Shown: one piece after another, positions 39,439 through 52,670 of the stretch
Layout of the letters: the number at the start of each line of letters is the position of its first letter
Numbering within the stretch: the first letter of the stretch is position 1
From: Chiloscyllium plagiosum
Lineage: Eukaryota
Length of the DNA: 64,000 nucleotides
Direction: 5' to 3'
NCBI RefSeq assembly: GCF_004010195.1
Contig: NC_057758.1
Coordinates: 7,747,510 to 7,811,509, forward strand
The notes under the pieces: generated by a model
What the model was told of the DNA's origin: nothing
What the model saw: the letters and a program-made list of their open reading frames with translations, nothing else
The model's database searches: none
Position numbers and translations under genes: made by a program

Positions 39439-40665
39439 CTTGCTGCGAGTGTTGGAAACGTTTGCCCCACTGAGGCAAGGAAGAGCATGCAGGATACATG
39501 AACGTTGGATGACAAGAGATATGGGCCATCAAGTCAGAGAAAAAGAATGAAGCTTACTTAAGGTTGTGAAAGCATGGATAAAACAGGAATCCAGGCGGTT
39601 ATAAGATGGCCGTGGAATGAACCAAAGGATGCACTTAGAAGAGCGAGAAAGAGGCATAAAAAAAGCTTTCCCAGGGAGGAATAAGGAAAGCCTTAAAGAG
39701 GTCTATGTTTATTTGAGGAACAAATGAATGGCCAGGGTGAGAATAGGGCCGATTGGGGATATTAAATGAACTCATGCCTGGAGTCAGAGTTGGTGGGGAA
39801 GTCATCAATGAATGCATTACTTGAGTTTTCACTACGGTCGTTTGTGAGGACAAAGTAAAGTATGCTGGTTTGCTCAGCAGGTTGATGGGAAGAAGGAGCA
39901 TGTACTGGAATTTTAAGGGCTTAAGACGGAATCGTTGATACTCCTGCTCCTTGGATGCTGCCTGACTTGCTGTGCTTTTCCAGCACCACACTCAAGACTC
40001 TGATCTCCAGCATCTGCAGCTTCAGTTTAGCCGATTTACCTGCGCCAGACGGGTTATAACCAACGTTTCTACGGGAAACAATGGAAAAGATGACTGTTCC
40101 TTTGACAATAATTTTTGCATCCTCATTTTCAATCAAAGTAGTACCAGATGATTGGAGGGTGGCAAATGTTATTGCCTTGTTCAAGAAAGCTATTCGGGAT
40201 CATCATGTGAATTACAGACCAGTCAATCTTGCATTGTTGGTTGGCAAATTAGTGGAAAGGATTCTGAGAGATAGGAAACATGATTATTTGTTTATTGTCC
40301 AACAGGTTTAATTTAAAACACTACGTTTCGGAGGATTGCTCCTTCATCAGGTGGTTGTAGAGTGTGAGATTGTAAAATTCAGAAAATATAGCAAACTTTT
40401 ACTGTGTGATGTAAATGAAATTATACCTTGAAAAAGATCCGGATTATTTGTTAGAGATTCTCATCTTTTAGAATGACCACGTTGGTTTCAGAACTTTCAT
40501 ATGTAAATCGCAAAACCTTTTCTTTAAAAGTTACATTCTCAACTGAACTTTAACAATTGGAGACTGTCAACCCAGGGTGGACATGGCAATAGGAGGGGAC
40601 ATACTTTTAAGGAGATTGGAGGAAAATGTAGGGGTGATGTCAGAGGTAGGTTCTTTACACATATT
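39439..40665 (+). repeat. Copy 1 of a ~1.23-kb direct duplication
   Basis: Colinear with 41797-43020, including the same nested PLE insertions; near-identical ORFs 40081-40311 and 42437-42667. Confidence 0.92.
40319..40353 (-). ncRNA. Minimal type I hammerhead ribozyme motif in a PLE end (40293-40575)
   Basis: Minus strand CAC-CUGAUGA-A-GGAG-CAAUC-CUCC-GAAA-CG-UA-GUG: full core, 4-bp stem II, 3-bp stem I, palindromic ACGU stem III. Confidence 0.72.
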
Positions 40666-41796
40666 TTCATGGAATGCCCTGCCAGTAGCAGTGGTGGACT
40701 CTCCCTCATTATGGGCATTTAAGCGGGCATTGGATAGGCATATGGAGGATAGTGGGCTAGTGTAGGTTAGGTGGGCTTGGATCGGCGCAACATCGAGGGC
40801 CGAAGGGCCTGTACTGCGCTGTATTCTTCTATGTTCTATGTTCTAATGGCGGGGTGGACTCGATAGGCCGAATGGCCTTACTTCCACTCCTATGTCTTAT
40901 AGTTTTATTGTCTTATGGTAATTGTTGAACTGGCAGATACACTCTTCAGAGAGTCTGTTAGAAGCATAGACAGTCGTTAGCGGAAAGGTGCAGTTAGTGC
41001 AATGTGTTGAAGTGTGCTTATTTTAATGCAAGCCATATCAGGAATAAGGGTGACAAACGTATAGCATGGATCAGTTTGGAGCTCCGATATTGTGGCGATT
41101 ACAAATACTTTGATTTCGCAGGGTCAGGAATGGTTGTTGGATGTTCCGGTGTATAGATGCTTCAAAAGCAATAGGGAGAGAGGGAAAAGAAGTTGAGGAA
41201 TGCCATTGGTAATCAGGGATAGTCTCACAGCTGCAGAAAGGGAAATCCTCGACGAGGGTTTGTATACTGAAACAGTATGGGTAGAAGTCAGTAACAGTTA
41301 AGGAGCAGTCATTTTACTGGGGTTACCTAAAGAACACTGTTCCCTAGAATAGGATCAAAGATACAAAGGAACAGATTGGGAGGCAGATTTTAGAAAGGCG
41401 CAGATGTAACAGAGTTGTTGTCATGGGTGATTGCAACATCCCAAATATTGATTGGAACCTCCTTCGTGCAAATAGTTTGGATGGAGCAGATTTCGTTATG
41501 TGTGTCCAGGATTGATTCCTGAGTCAATATTCAGATAGGCCGACTAGAGGGGAGTCTAAACTGTATTGGTTGCGTGGCATAAGTATAAGATCTCTCTGGA
41601 GACAGGATTTCAGTTTTAGTGATCACAACACCCTGACGTTTATTGTAGTCATGGAGAAGGATAAACACACACGGTATGGGAAAGTAATTAATTGAAGAAA
41701 GGCGAATTAAACTGCTCTGAACTGTGGAGCGTAAGTTGGGAACTGATGTTCTCAGGGAAACGCACGAAAGAAATGTGGAAGTTGTTTCGTGAACAC

Positions 41797-43020
41797 TTGC
41801 TGCGAGTATTGGAAAAGTTTGTCCTACTGAGGCAAGGAAGAGCATCGAGGATGCATGAACGTTGGATGACAAGAGATATGGGCCATCGAGTCAGAGAAAA
41901 AGAATGAAGCTTACTTAAGGTTGAGAAAGCATGGATAAAACAGTGATCCAGGCGGTTATAAGATGGTCGTGGAATGAACCGAAGAATGCACTTAGAAGGG
42001 CGAGAGAGATGCATAAAAAAGCCTTCCCAGGTAGAATTAAGGAAAGCCTTAAAGTGGTCTAAGTTTATTTGAGGAACAAATGAATGGCCAACGTGAGAGT
42101 AGGGCCGATTAGGGATATTAAGTGAACTCATGCCTGGAGTCAGAGTTGGTGGGGAAGTCATCAATGAATGCATTATTTGAGTTTTCACTACGGTCGTTTG
42201 TGAGGACAACGTAAAGTATGCTGGTTTACTCGAATAGGTTGATGGGAAGAAGGAGCATGTCCTGGAATTTTAAGGGCTTAAGACCGAATCGTCGATATCC
42301 TGCTCCTTGAATGCTGCCTGACTTGCTGTGCTTTTCCAGCACCACACTCAAGACTCTGATCACCAGCATCTGCATTTTCAGTGTAGCCGATTTACCTGCG
42401 CCAGACGGGTTATAACCAAGGTTTCTCCGGGAAGCAATGGAAAAGATGACTGTTCCTTTGACAATGATCTTCGCATCCTCATTTTCAACCAAAGTAGTAA
42501 CAGATGATTGGAGGGTGGCAAACGTTATTGCCTTGTTCAAGAAAGCTACTAGGTATAATCATGTGAATTACAGACCATTCAATCTTGCATTGTTGGTTGG
42601 CAAATTAGTGGAAAGGATTCTGAGAGATAGGAAACGTGATTATTTGTTTATTGTCCAACAGGTTTAATTGAAAACAGTACCTTTCTGAGGATTGCTCCTT
42701 CATCAGGTGGTTGTAGAGTGTGAGATTGCAAAATTCACAAAATATAGCAAACTTTTACTGTGTGATGTAAATGAAATTATACCTTGAAAAAGACCCGGAT
42801 TATTTGTTAAGATTCTCATCTTTTAGAACGACCACGTTGGTTTCAGAACTTTCATATGTAAATCGCAAAACCTTTTCTTTAAAAGTTACATTCTCAACTG
42901 AACTTTAACAATTGGAGACTGTCAACCCAGGGTGGACATGGCAATAGGAGGGGACATACTTTTAAGGAGATTGGAGGAAAATGTAGGGGTGATGTCAGAG
43001 GTAGGTTCTTTACACATATT
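41797..43020 (+). repeat. Copy 2 (in native CR1 context) of the ~1.23-kb duplication
   Basis: Matches copy 1; both end at ttctttacacatatt. Confidence 0.92.
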
Positions 43021-43241
43021 GTAGTGGGTGGATGGAATGTACAGCCTGCAATGGTAGTAGAATCAGATGCGTTAAGGACATTTGAGCAACTCTTGGATCG
43101 GCACGTGGGTGATAGTAAATTGAAGAGAATGTTGTTTAGTTTGATCTTGCAGTAGGATAACAGGTCGGCACAAATCTAATACAATCATTAAAAAACATTA
43201 TCGCGGGTTGAAGACCCTGCATTGTGCTGTAATGTTCTATG

Positions 43242-44990
43242 TTATTTGTTGAAATCATTTATATAAATGACGAAAAGAAGTGGACATAGCACTGACCCTT
43301 GTGGCACACAACTGGTCACGTCCCAAAAAAAATAAAGAAAACAACCCAATACCACCTCCCTCTGTCTCCTATCTCTGAGCCAATTCTCTGTACAAGTGGC
43401 TACTTCTCTCTTTATTCCATGTGATTTTACTTTGCTACACAGTCTTCCCTGCGGAAAATTGTCAAATGTTTTACAGATGGTAAAATCGACAACGTCGACC
43501 TTTCTTCCCCACATACATTCTCTTCGTCACTTCTTCAAGAAATGACAACTGAGGATTGCAGATGTTGGAGAGTCCGAATCAAAAAGTGTGGTGCTGCAAA
43601 ATAACAGTGGGTCAAGCAGCATGCGAGGATCAGGAGTGAGACGTTTCGAGCATATGCGAAAGAGCTTATGACCGAAACATGCCCTTCTCCTCGAATGCTG
43701 CATGACATGCTGTGATTTTCGAGCGCCACCCTTGTCGAATTTTAAAGAGGCTGAAGCTATTCAGTGAGACGCATTTTCTCACGCACAATGTCATGTTTAA
43801 TATCCTTGATTATTCCTTTCCTTTCAAAATATATCTAAATTCTGTGCCTCATATTCCAGTAAAACAATTTGACTAACACTGACGTCAAACTTATTTGTCT
43901 ATAGCACCTTGGATTTTCCTTTTCAGCTTTCTTAAATTCTTTAAATAGTGGGTCCACTTCCCACAGAGTTCCATGAGGTATGTAATGGCGTCGTGGGAAT
44001 TTATCGATATTTATACGTTTTTAGACATAAAGTACCTTATCCTCTGTAAAAACAGACAGCTTTCAAATTTGATAATTTACTTCCGAATTTCTCTAGCTTG
44101 CACATCCTTCCGTATAATAAAATGCTCATGCAAAATACACTGTTAGTACCTCCCCCATCTCCTGCAATTCTGCACATTGGCAATCTTTCTAATTTTTAAG
44201 GGGACCTAGTTAGTCCCTAATTACTCTTTTTCCTTAATTATTTGCAGAGTCCTTTCGAATTCTCCTTAACCCTATTTGCCAACGCTATCTGAGGTCCCCT
44301 TTTTGGCATCGTAATTTCCCTCTGAAATGTAATCCTACTGCCCTTACAATCTTCCAACGATGCACTTTCTGTCTGGAATTAAAGTCTAATAACGCCCACG
44401 AGTGCGTTTTGGATTTTTGGAAAAGCTTATTTGTTTTACTAATGCTCTTCAAAGAAACAAAACACCATCCTTAACTGTCTGGCCGGCATGTTCCCCATTA
44501 ATGTGGAGGACACTTCACTGCCCTCTGGGCAATGAGGGATGCGCAGTAAATGCCGCAAATCCAGCGACATCTTCATCTGATGAATTATTTTTTAAAAAAA
44601 TAACGATTTCCTGCTCTCTCTATCTGGCATAGGTTAGCCTCTTATCCAGGATCAGAACCTCAATTGCTCCAGTCATCTAGCACTCCTCATCACCTACCAA
44701 CCTTTCCCTTCACCCGAACAGGGTATACTCTCTCGGGGCTCTTTGCATTTCATTTTTGAAGGCTCCCCGCTTACTAGCAGGCCCCTTTCTGCGAATATCT
44801 ATCCCAATCGACTTTTGAACGTTCTTGCCTAATATCATCAAAATTTGCATTCCTGCAATTTCGATCGTTCACATTTAAACCCAGTTCTCCCCTTTCCATC
44901 TCTATTTTAATACGAATAGAATAGTGATCTCTCACTTAAACGTCAATCACTTGCCCTGCCCTGTCTTATTTCCCAAGAGTAGGTCACGTT
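43242..44990 (-). mobile_element. Decayed CR1 ORF2 fragments with nested small repeats
   Basis: KTFDNFPQGRL...VTSCVPQGSVLCPLLFVIYIND; further CR1-like sequence to ~44990; a SINE-like tail at ~44400-44600. Confidence 0.7.
43548..43740. mobile_element. Fold-back PLE mini-element
   Basis: aagtgtggtgctg...gcagcatgcgagga...gacgtttcgagcata / gagcttatgaccgaaac...ctcgaatgctgc...gcgccac. Confidence 0.72.
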
Positions 44991-46621
44991 TAGCTCCTTC
45001 ACTGTGATGGAGAGCATTGGGCAAGCAGCTGCAGCTTTATGGGATCAGCACAGGCTTCGCCTCATTGGGCTGAAATGAACAATAATTTGCCTTGTTTTCA
45101 TTTTTATTGAGTGAGACACAGTGGTTGTCTGCACGAGTTCGAGGTCGCTTCCCTACCCCACCCCTCAGAATCCCTCTCATTTAATGCCTGTCGGATTATG
45201 CCATTCATTATGGATTGAAGTACTCACCATCGCCCGGATGCCTCCGAATATTCTGTGATCACGTGCACGGGTGCCATCTTTAAAGTGGGAATACAGTTGA
45301 GCTTTCTCAATTCAGAGCTGCCTTGCACAGTTTTCCCCGAGCATGCCAGATAAGGGAAATTGCGCCATAATTTGCCGACAGGTGCACAGAGGTCCTGCTG
45401 GTACAGAAGAAGACCATTCTCTTCCAAGACGAGGCCACAAGACCAGCCCCAACAACATGGTCTGAGCTCAACAGCCAGCTCAGTATAGTATCTGTAGCCT
45501 GAAGAAATGTCCAGCTCTACAGGACAACCGTCAATAACCTACTCCGCTCTGCCAGGATAAGTCTCACTGTATTATCTCTGCTCCGTCACACTCATTGTAT
45601 AACTGTTACAGCACCTTCGCCCGAAAACGTGCCATGCTCCACTACACTCAATATGCGACACCTTCACCTCTCTCTCTCTATCTCGCTCTCTCTCTGTCTC
45701 GTTCTCTCTCTATCTATCTCTCTCCCCCTACCTCCAGACACCGCCCTAATGTACCCTCACATTATTGACACTGCATGGATACAACATTGTCGACTCGCTC
45801 GCCTCTCCACCGAACACCTTACCATTTCCGGTCCATGCATCCACCAGCACTAACGACAAGCCCACACAAACCTTCTCAGGCTCCCTCCTTCTATTTCTTC
45901 CCTTTCAGGAGAAACAGCCTGTGATAAGACAGAAAGGGCCACGCCAGTTCGTAGAGGGATTGATGTCAGTTCCCTCCTCCTAACCCCCTCCGCATGTGGG
46001 GAGTAGCCTGGTACGCGGCAGTGAGGATCAGATCAATTCATGTAGAGATTCTGAAAGATCCATGTCCCACCAGCTATGGAAGCGGTAATGTTAAGTGAAG
46101 GGCAATTCTGACGGAGCACGTCAGAAGCACGTGCGCGCACACATACACACACACATTTCCACACACCCTCCTACAGACAGATTTCCAGAGAGAGAGAGAA
46201 AGAGAGAGATAGAGACGGCTGACCGAGGGAGGGTTGCAATTATACTTAAGCCCATCAGAATGGAAACGGTCACAGCCGAGTAAACCATTCTGTCAGAGGA
46301 TAACACAAATATAATTTACGTTCTATTACTTGCAATGTTTTTGTATTTCTTAAAAATTATGTCAGAACGGATTGAAAAGTCATGTAAAAGGCCAGATTGT
46401 GGTGGTAATATCTCTGGAACAGCATCGCTCAGCATCGGACAAAACTTCTCTGTGCTCTCAAAAATGTTATTTAAAAACCAAACAGCCATGCAATGTGAGA
46501 GGTTCACAGGATTTGTTGTGTTCTCCGATGATAAAGATCTGCCACTCAGGCAATGGTGTGGGCATGCCAGCAGAGGGTGTTATTATATGAATTTCATCAC
46601 AACATGGACAGACAGTGAGAT

Positions 46622-46785
46622 AGAGAGAATGTAGTGCTGCAAAAGCGCAGCAGATCAGGCAGCATCCGAGGAACAGGAGAAAAGACGTTTCGGGCAAAAG
46701 TCCTTCGTCAATTCTGCTCCTCGACTGCAACTTGACGTGCTGTGCTTTTCAGGCACCACACTCTCGACTCTAATCTCCAACATCA
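46622..46785. mobile_element. Fold-back PLE mini-element
   Basis: gagagaatgtagtgctg...gacgtttcgggcaaaagtcctt / cgtcaattctgctcctcg...gcaccacactctc. Confidence 0.72.
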
Positions 46786-46788
46786 CCA

Positions 46789-46810
46789 AGAGAGATAGAG
46801 AGAGAGAGAT

Positions 46811-46897
<87 letters not shown>

Positions 46898-46948
46898 CAG
46901 AGACAGAGACAGAGAGACACGGAAGAGAAAGAGAGAGAAGAGAAGGGA
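46789..46948 (+). repeat. (AG)n / (AGAGAC)n microsatellite
   Basis: Seen directly in the sequence. Confidence 0.97.
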
Positions 46949-47899
46949 GGCTTTGGTGCCAATTTTCAATTGATTTACTCCAAGAATGCAGACGCCTCAT
47001 TGCACAGAGACACGCATAAACGTCGGTACTTCCATCATACATATAACATATACAGACAGATATACACACACGGATAAGAACACTTAAAACTAAACACATG
47101 TATGCATCCACACACACAGAGTATTTAAGACAAAAGTACATGAGCTCTTATTAATAGGCGATAAATATTCAATCGCTGAAGGAAAGAGAATGGGGTTAAA
47201 ATACATTTCAGTCGTGTTCAAATGTTATAGCACCCACAAGGGCCGCAAGGCCGAATTCTTCTCCAATTTCTCATTCTTTTACGATCTTATGGTGTATGGA
47301 ACTGTCTTCCCGTGAGTAAAGCGGAGGCCGAATTTCATAAGTATTTGATTGAAGAGATTAGTGAGAATGTGGAGAGGTTTGAGGGTTCGAATGCTGTATA
47401 TCTGCTCCTAATTGTTGTTTCTTTCTGTTTCTAAGAAGTGGTGATTGGTTTGTGGGGAATAAATTGTGAGCATAATGGCCTTCCAAATTTAGACACAGAT
47501 AGAGAGATTCCTTTTTCTTTCGGTTCCCAGAAAATATTCAAGGTTGTGTTCCGTCGAGCTTTGATTCACAAGAGCATCAATGTTTATTGGGAACAGACCG
47601 GAATCGAGTGTTCAGCTGCAAACTCATCAACAGTGAGCATTGTGAATGTTGCAGCAGGGCCAACGACCTGAAAGACCAATTGATGCTCGTTTGCAATATG
47701 TTGTCCCCTCACTAAAGCCCAAAGTACTGTTACAGAGGGAGAGGTAGACTCCATTCAATCAGTCAGCATCGAATTATTGAAACAGGAGCAGGCCATTCTA
47801 CTCCAAGAATTTATGCAGGAATAATTCACCCCTTGAAATACACTACACAGCATCGAACAGAGCTATCCAGCCTTTCTCGCCTGCTACCGGACAACAGCG

Positions 47900-49650
47900 G
47901 AGTTCTGATTAACTACCAGGTAACAAGCATTAGAGAAAAATGTTTATTTTCAGGTTGTAAAGCTGCAACTTGGTGGAGTGGCTCAGGGATCAGTGTGAGG
48001 TTGTCAACTATTCACAATCTGGCCCAAAGATTTGGATGAGGGTACTGATTAGATTGGAGCTCAGCTAGCTCATAAAACAGCACAGTCAGTCAATAGCATA
48101 TGCATGCAGACTGTCTGCAATGGGACATAGACGGGGAGGAAAGCGAGTAAAAGTTTGGCAGAAACAGTATAACGTGGGGTAAGGGCAGATCGAGCTGTGA
48201 TGGAAGGATAAAACAGCATTATACTACTTAAAGGCAGAGAAAATCACATAAGTCAGTGGTACAGAGGGATGTGTATATCCCGTTATATGAATCACATAAA
48301 GTTAGTCTGCAGTTTCAGCAGGTGATCAGGAAAATGTACGGAATGATATTCTGGTGTCAACTGTAAACTTACTAACCATGCCTTCTGCATTCCCATATAA
48401 ATCATTTATGTGAATGCCACACAAACGATGATCCAGAATCGATCCCGATGTAACACCACTGGTAAAAGACCTCGAGTCCGAAAACCAAACTTCCATCACA
48501 ATTCTCTGTCGACTGGCATTAAACCAGTTAAGTGTAGAATGACAAGATTTCCCTGAACCCCAAATGACCTTACACAGACAAATTATTCTACGATGTGGAA
48601 CACTGTCGACAGTTTTACGAAAGTCCATGTAAACAAAGTCAAATGTTCTTTGACAACCTCTGACACAATCCATAAATCTACTGATCTTAAAAATACTAAC
48701 CCAGATATCTGTCTAATCCCTACAGTGTGGAAGCAGGCCCAACAGACCAACGAATGTTTAGCAACCTTCCAAAGAATACTTCACCCAGACCCATTCCCTT
48801 TTCCCATTTGTATTTACCCCTGACTAACTGACATACCCCTGAACACTCTGGGCAATTTAGCATGATCAATCCACCTGATCTGCACATTTTTGAATTGTGG
48901 AAGGAAACCGCAGCCCCTGGAGTAAACCCACCTAGACATAGGGATAATGTGCAAAGTCCAGACAGACAGTCGCCGAAGGCTGGAATCAAACCCAGTTCCC
49001 TGGCGTTGTGAGGTAGCTGTGCTCGCCACTGATCCAGCGTGCTGTGATACGGAAACATCTATCTTTCTATTCAAATCATTTGCATTCAACAGAAACAGCA
49101 AAATTACCAGTACAGATCCCAATGGAACATCGCTGATCACAGACATCAAACCAGAAGAGTACACTTCCATCACTACTCTCCATTGTGTATGGAAAAGTAA
49201 ATCCTGAAACCAATTGTATACACCCTAATGTTCTGGTCGCCATTAGGGACCATTTCGAAAGCATTGCTAAAATCCATGCGAGCAAGATCCATTGCTCTAC
49301 CCCGACTGATCACCTTCGTCACCTCCTTGAAACAAACAATCAAGGTAATAAGACTTGACATGTCCTGAACAAAGCCAGTCCCTTAGCAGGACTTCTTCAT
49401 GCATTGAACTTCTCTTGTTGATAGCTACTTGCACCACATCAACTGCATCTTTTCCCTCCGTCAGCAAGTTCCTCTGTAGGTCACATGAGTTATCCTGATG
49501 TCTGGCACCGTGCAGGAACGCAGTGTTTAAAAATCTAGATCCTAGCCACAAAGAATATTGTCGATTGTCCTCACTTTAGTTTCCTGGACTACTACTGTAG
49601 ATTGCTTCCCTCTCACACCCCTGTTAAAATGCTCCCTGTGTCTTTCTTTT
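47900..49650. mobile_element. Patchwork of decayed CR1 fragments (plus 47900-48330; minus RT 48330-49370; minus ORF1 esterase 49380-49650)
   Basis: VYMDFRKTVD, SKFTVDT, SDVPLGSVL; ORF1 LHGARHQD...LQRNLLTEGKDAVDVVQV. Confidence 0.7.
48705..49045 (-). mobile_element. HE1-like V-SINE
   Basis: Reverse complement of the 8690-8990 family. Confidence 0.82.
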
Positions 49651-49764
49651 TGTTCTTTTCTTCTAATACAATGCAGACCTGTAAGCAGAATACATGTCGA
49701 AGATCCATTGGTGAGCAATAGTAGAAAAAAAATAAGTTAATACCAAATGGGATACGGAAAATTG

Positions 49765-51340
49765 GATATGCTGGATGGCATCCTCCTCTTCCTCTTGTAA
49801 TAGAATCAAGAAGTTTATCGACCTGCGTCTGTTCCCTTGTAACAGGCTCGAGAGGCTTACTGAGCACTTTGTGTCCCTGTGGTACAGAGACGAGAGATTA
49901 AAGTATTTCCTCCTGTGCTTCGTTAGGTGGGTCAAAAGGCTGCATGACCTCCTCCTATTTATTGGAAGGGATTCGAGAGGGTGAATGACTTCCTCTTGCT
50001 CCTGTGTCACAGGATAGTGAGGGTGAATGACCTACTTCTGTTGCTGTGTAACAGGGCCAGGTAGCTGAATTACTTCCACGTGCTCCTGTGTGACATGATA
50101 GAGAGAGTAAATGACCACCTTTTGCTCCTGTGTAATAGAATAGAGAGGATGAATGATCACTCCCCTTTATCCTGTAAGTAACTTGAGATATTAAGTGACC
50201 TCCTCCTGGTCGAGAACGGCAGGCACAAGAGACTTATTCGCCTCTTCCTGTTCCTCTGTAACAGTTTAAGAGGTTGAATGAATGACTCCTGTCCGACTGC
50301 AGCCCGCTCAGGAAGCTGAATACAATCTTCCTATTTCTATGTAAGGGGTTTGAGTGGCAGAAATAACTCATCCTGTTCCCCTGTAGCTGATTCGAGAGGC
50401 CGAATGACCGCCTCCTGTTCCCTCTACCGGCTTGAGAGTCTGAATGACCAACTTCTCTTCCCGGTATTAGGCCTGAGAGGATGAATTGTGTTCCCTGTAC
50501 CTGGATGGAGACACCGAATAACCTCCTTCTGGTTCTCTGTTGCAAGCGAGAGATGCTGAATGACCTCCTTCTGGTTCTCTGTTGCAAGCGAGAGATGCCG
50601 AATGACCTCCTTCTGGTTCTCTGTAGTAAGCGAGAGATGCCGAATGACCTCCTCCTGCACATTTGCGACCGGCACAGAATTTACTGAACTACCCCTATTC
50701 AAATGAACAGGATCAGCAGGCTGAATTACTTTCTCCTATTCCCTGTTTAACAGGTTCAGAGATTAATTGAACTCCACCTTTTCCATTGGAACAGATTTGA
50801 GGAGCGGAATGCCCTCCTCCTGTTCCCATGTAACAGATTTGAGACGTTGAATGAACACTTCCTCTTCCTGAGTGACAGTCTGGAGAGGTGTCTGCTCCCC
50901 TTCAGCAGATTCGAAAGGCTGATTGACCAGACTTTGTTCCTGTCTAACAGGCTGCAAAGGGTTAATGACATCTTTCTCTCTGGTGTAAGAAGTTCCACTG
51001 GCGTAATAGCATCTTTGTCTCAGGTGTTACAGACTCCATAGGGTTAACGAAATCACTCTCTCAGGTATGACATATCTCGAGCGGTTGAATTATCGTCCCC
51101 TTATTTCTATAAAAGACACAAGAGGTGAAATGACGTCCTATTGATCCTTAAGATAGTGAATGACTTGTTCCTGATCTTGCTGAACAGACTCGAGAGGCTG
51201 ATGACGTCGCTCTGTGCCTGTTCAACAGTCTTGAAAAGCGGAATGCTCTTCGCCGTGCCCCATCACATGTTTGAGAGTCGAAATGGGGCCCTGTTGTTCG
51301 TATACACCAAGTTCGAGAGACTGAATGACCTCCTTTTTTT
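49765..51340 (-). repeat. Degenerate 42-bp tandem array (~35 units); minus-strand unit translates as approximately VTxEQEEVIxPLEx
   Basis: gaatgacctcct motif recurs at 42-bp spacing (e.g. 49983, 50025, 50067, 50109, 50151); three near-identical units at 50516-50655. Confidence 0.85.
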
Positions 51341-52254
51341 TGAACCGTATATTGTATAATTTTTTAACTGTATTTAGAAGTTAGTCTGTTTAATTTGGCT
51401 TATTCGTTTGTGTCATTACGCACCTCTCTCAAGGCAAAAGAATAGAAACGCTTTCTAAACGATATTATGGTGATTACTTCGCGATATAAGAGTTCATGGT
51501 GGTGAATAAGCCATGATGCTATGATTGATGAAAGCAACATAGAGATGGGTAGATAAACACAGCTGTTCTGGTATCTTTAGATAGAGTAACAGGGATGTAT
51601 TTCAGGAATACAATAATGTATTATGATTAGCTCTTATTCAATATTCATTTTGTGGTCTTAATAGGGACCTGTGAGTTCCTATGTCTCCTGACAAATCTTA
51701 TAATGTGGGCAAAAGCTTTTGGTGAGCGGCAATTGATCAAACTACATAATTCAGTAGAGAGACAGAAACATCCTGTCATCACCTGATGTTAAAGATCAAA
51801 CACGGAAAAGGAAATTCAATTAATAAATCAGGAATTTAAAGCTCATTTCATTAATAATGACCATGGAACAACCGTCAACTGCATCACAAATCTTTTTCAT
51901 CATCCACGTATTTCAGCGAAGGAACTCTGCTCTGTTTTACTTCCCTGGTATTGCACATACGTTCGGAACCAACCTTCGTGGCTCAATAATATCGACCTTC
52001 GAATATCTCAAACATCTCTAACAATGTGAAACATCTCAAAAATGCATTCAAAAAGTGGGTGAAGCATGAAGTATGTATTTAAGCAAGCTAACAATATTAA
52101 AGAAGATTGTGAGACTTTTTCCTGTTAGAAGAATGCAAGATAGAGGCAAGATTGGATATTGAAATGCTGGAAAATCATAATTGTTGAAGCAATGATGAGA
52201 TATAAAAATTACTGGAGAATCTGAATAGAAGTATTGCATCTATTTCCACAATGT

Positions 52255-52670
52255 AAGACACCCCAGCATAATTCCAGAACTTCAAGCTAGTCATATAGTA
52301 AGCAGAACGAATATCATTAAGGAGAAGCGGCTGTGGAACCTCAAAGTTCTGAAGGTGGAGAAATCACTTAAATCACCGGATCATATTGATGAAGAGACTA
52401 TGCGGTGGGACCACGGGTGGACAGCATGGTGAAGATGTCGTTTGCTACACGTGCCTTGCTTGGTCAGAACGTTGAGTATAGGAATTGGGACGTCATGTTC
52501 TGGCTATATAGGACATTGGTGTGGCAACTTTTAGAATGCGGAACACAATTGTACTTTCCCTTCTCTGGGAAATATGTTACAAAACTTGTGGCCTGCAATA
52601 AAGATTTGTAAAAATATTGCAGGGGAGGGAGGATTTGAGTTATATGGAGAGGCTAAATAGGCTGGGACGC
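52255..52670 (+). mobile_element. Decayed CR1 fragments
   Basis: VEYRNWDVMFWLYRTLVWQLLE; LSYMERLNRLG. Confidence 0.7.

Larger units (their letters stand above)
39035..43240 (+). mobile_element. Composite CR1 locus: older CR1 (39035-39264 + 40917-43240) interrupted by younger CR1 pieces, a duplicated block and PLE fragments
   Basis: ORF1 end; APE (VMGDCNIPNIDW); DDWRVANVIALFKK; three 3' tails (~40830, ~40900, ~43230); possible TSD ggtaat at 39259 and 40917. Confidence 0.8.

Noticed and set aside
46655..47141. RE/RD- and SL-repeat ORFs
   Set aside because: Translations of the (AG)n microsatellite.
49765..51340. CRISPR-like repeat-spacer array
   Set aside because: Units are homologous over their whole 42 bp, with no unique spacers; no cas genes; eukaryotic context.
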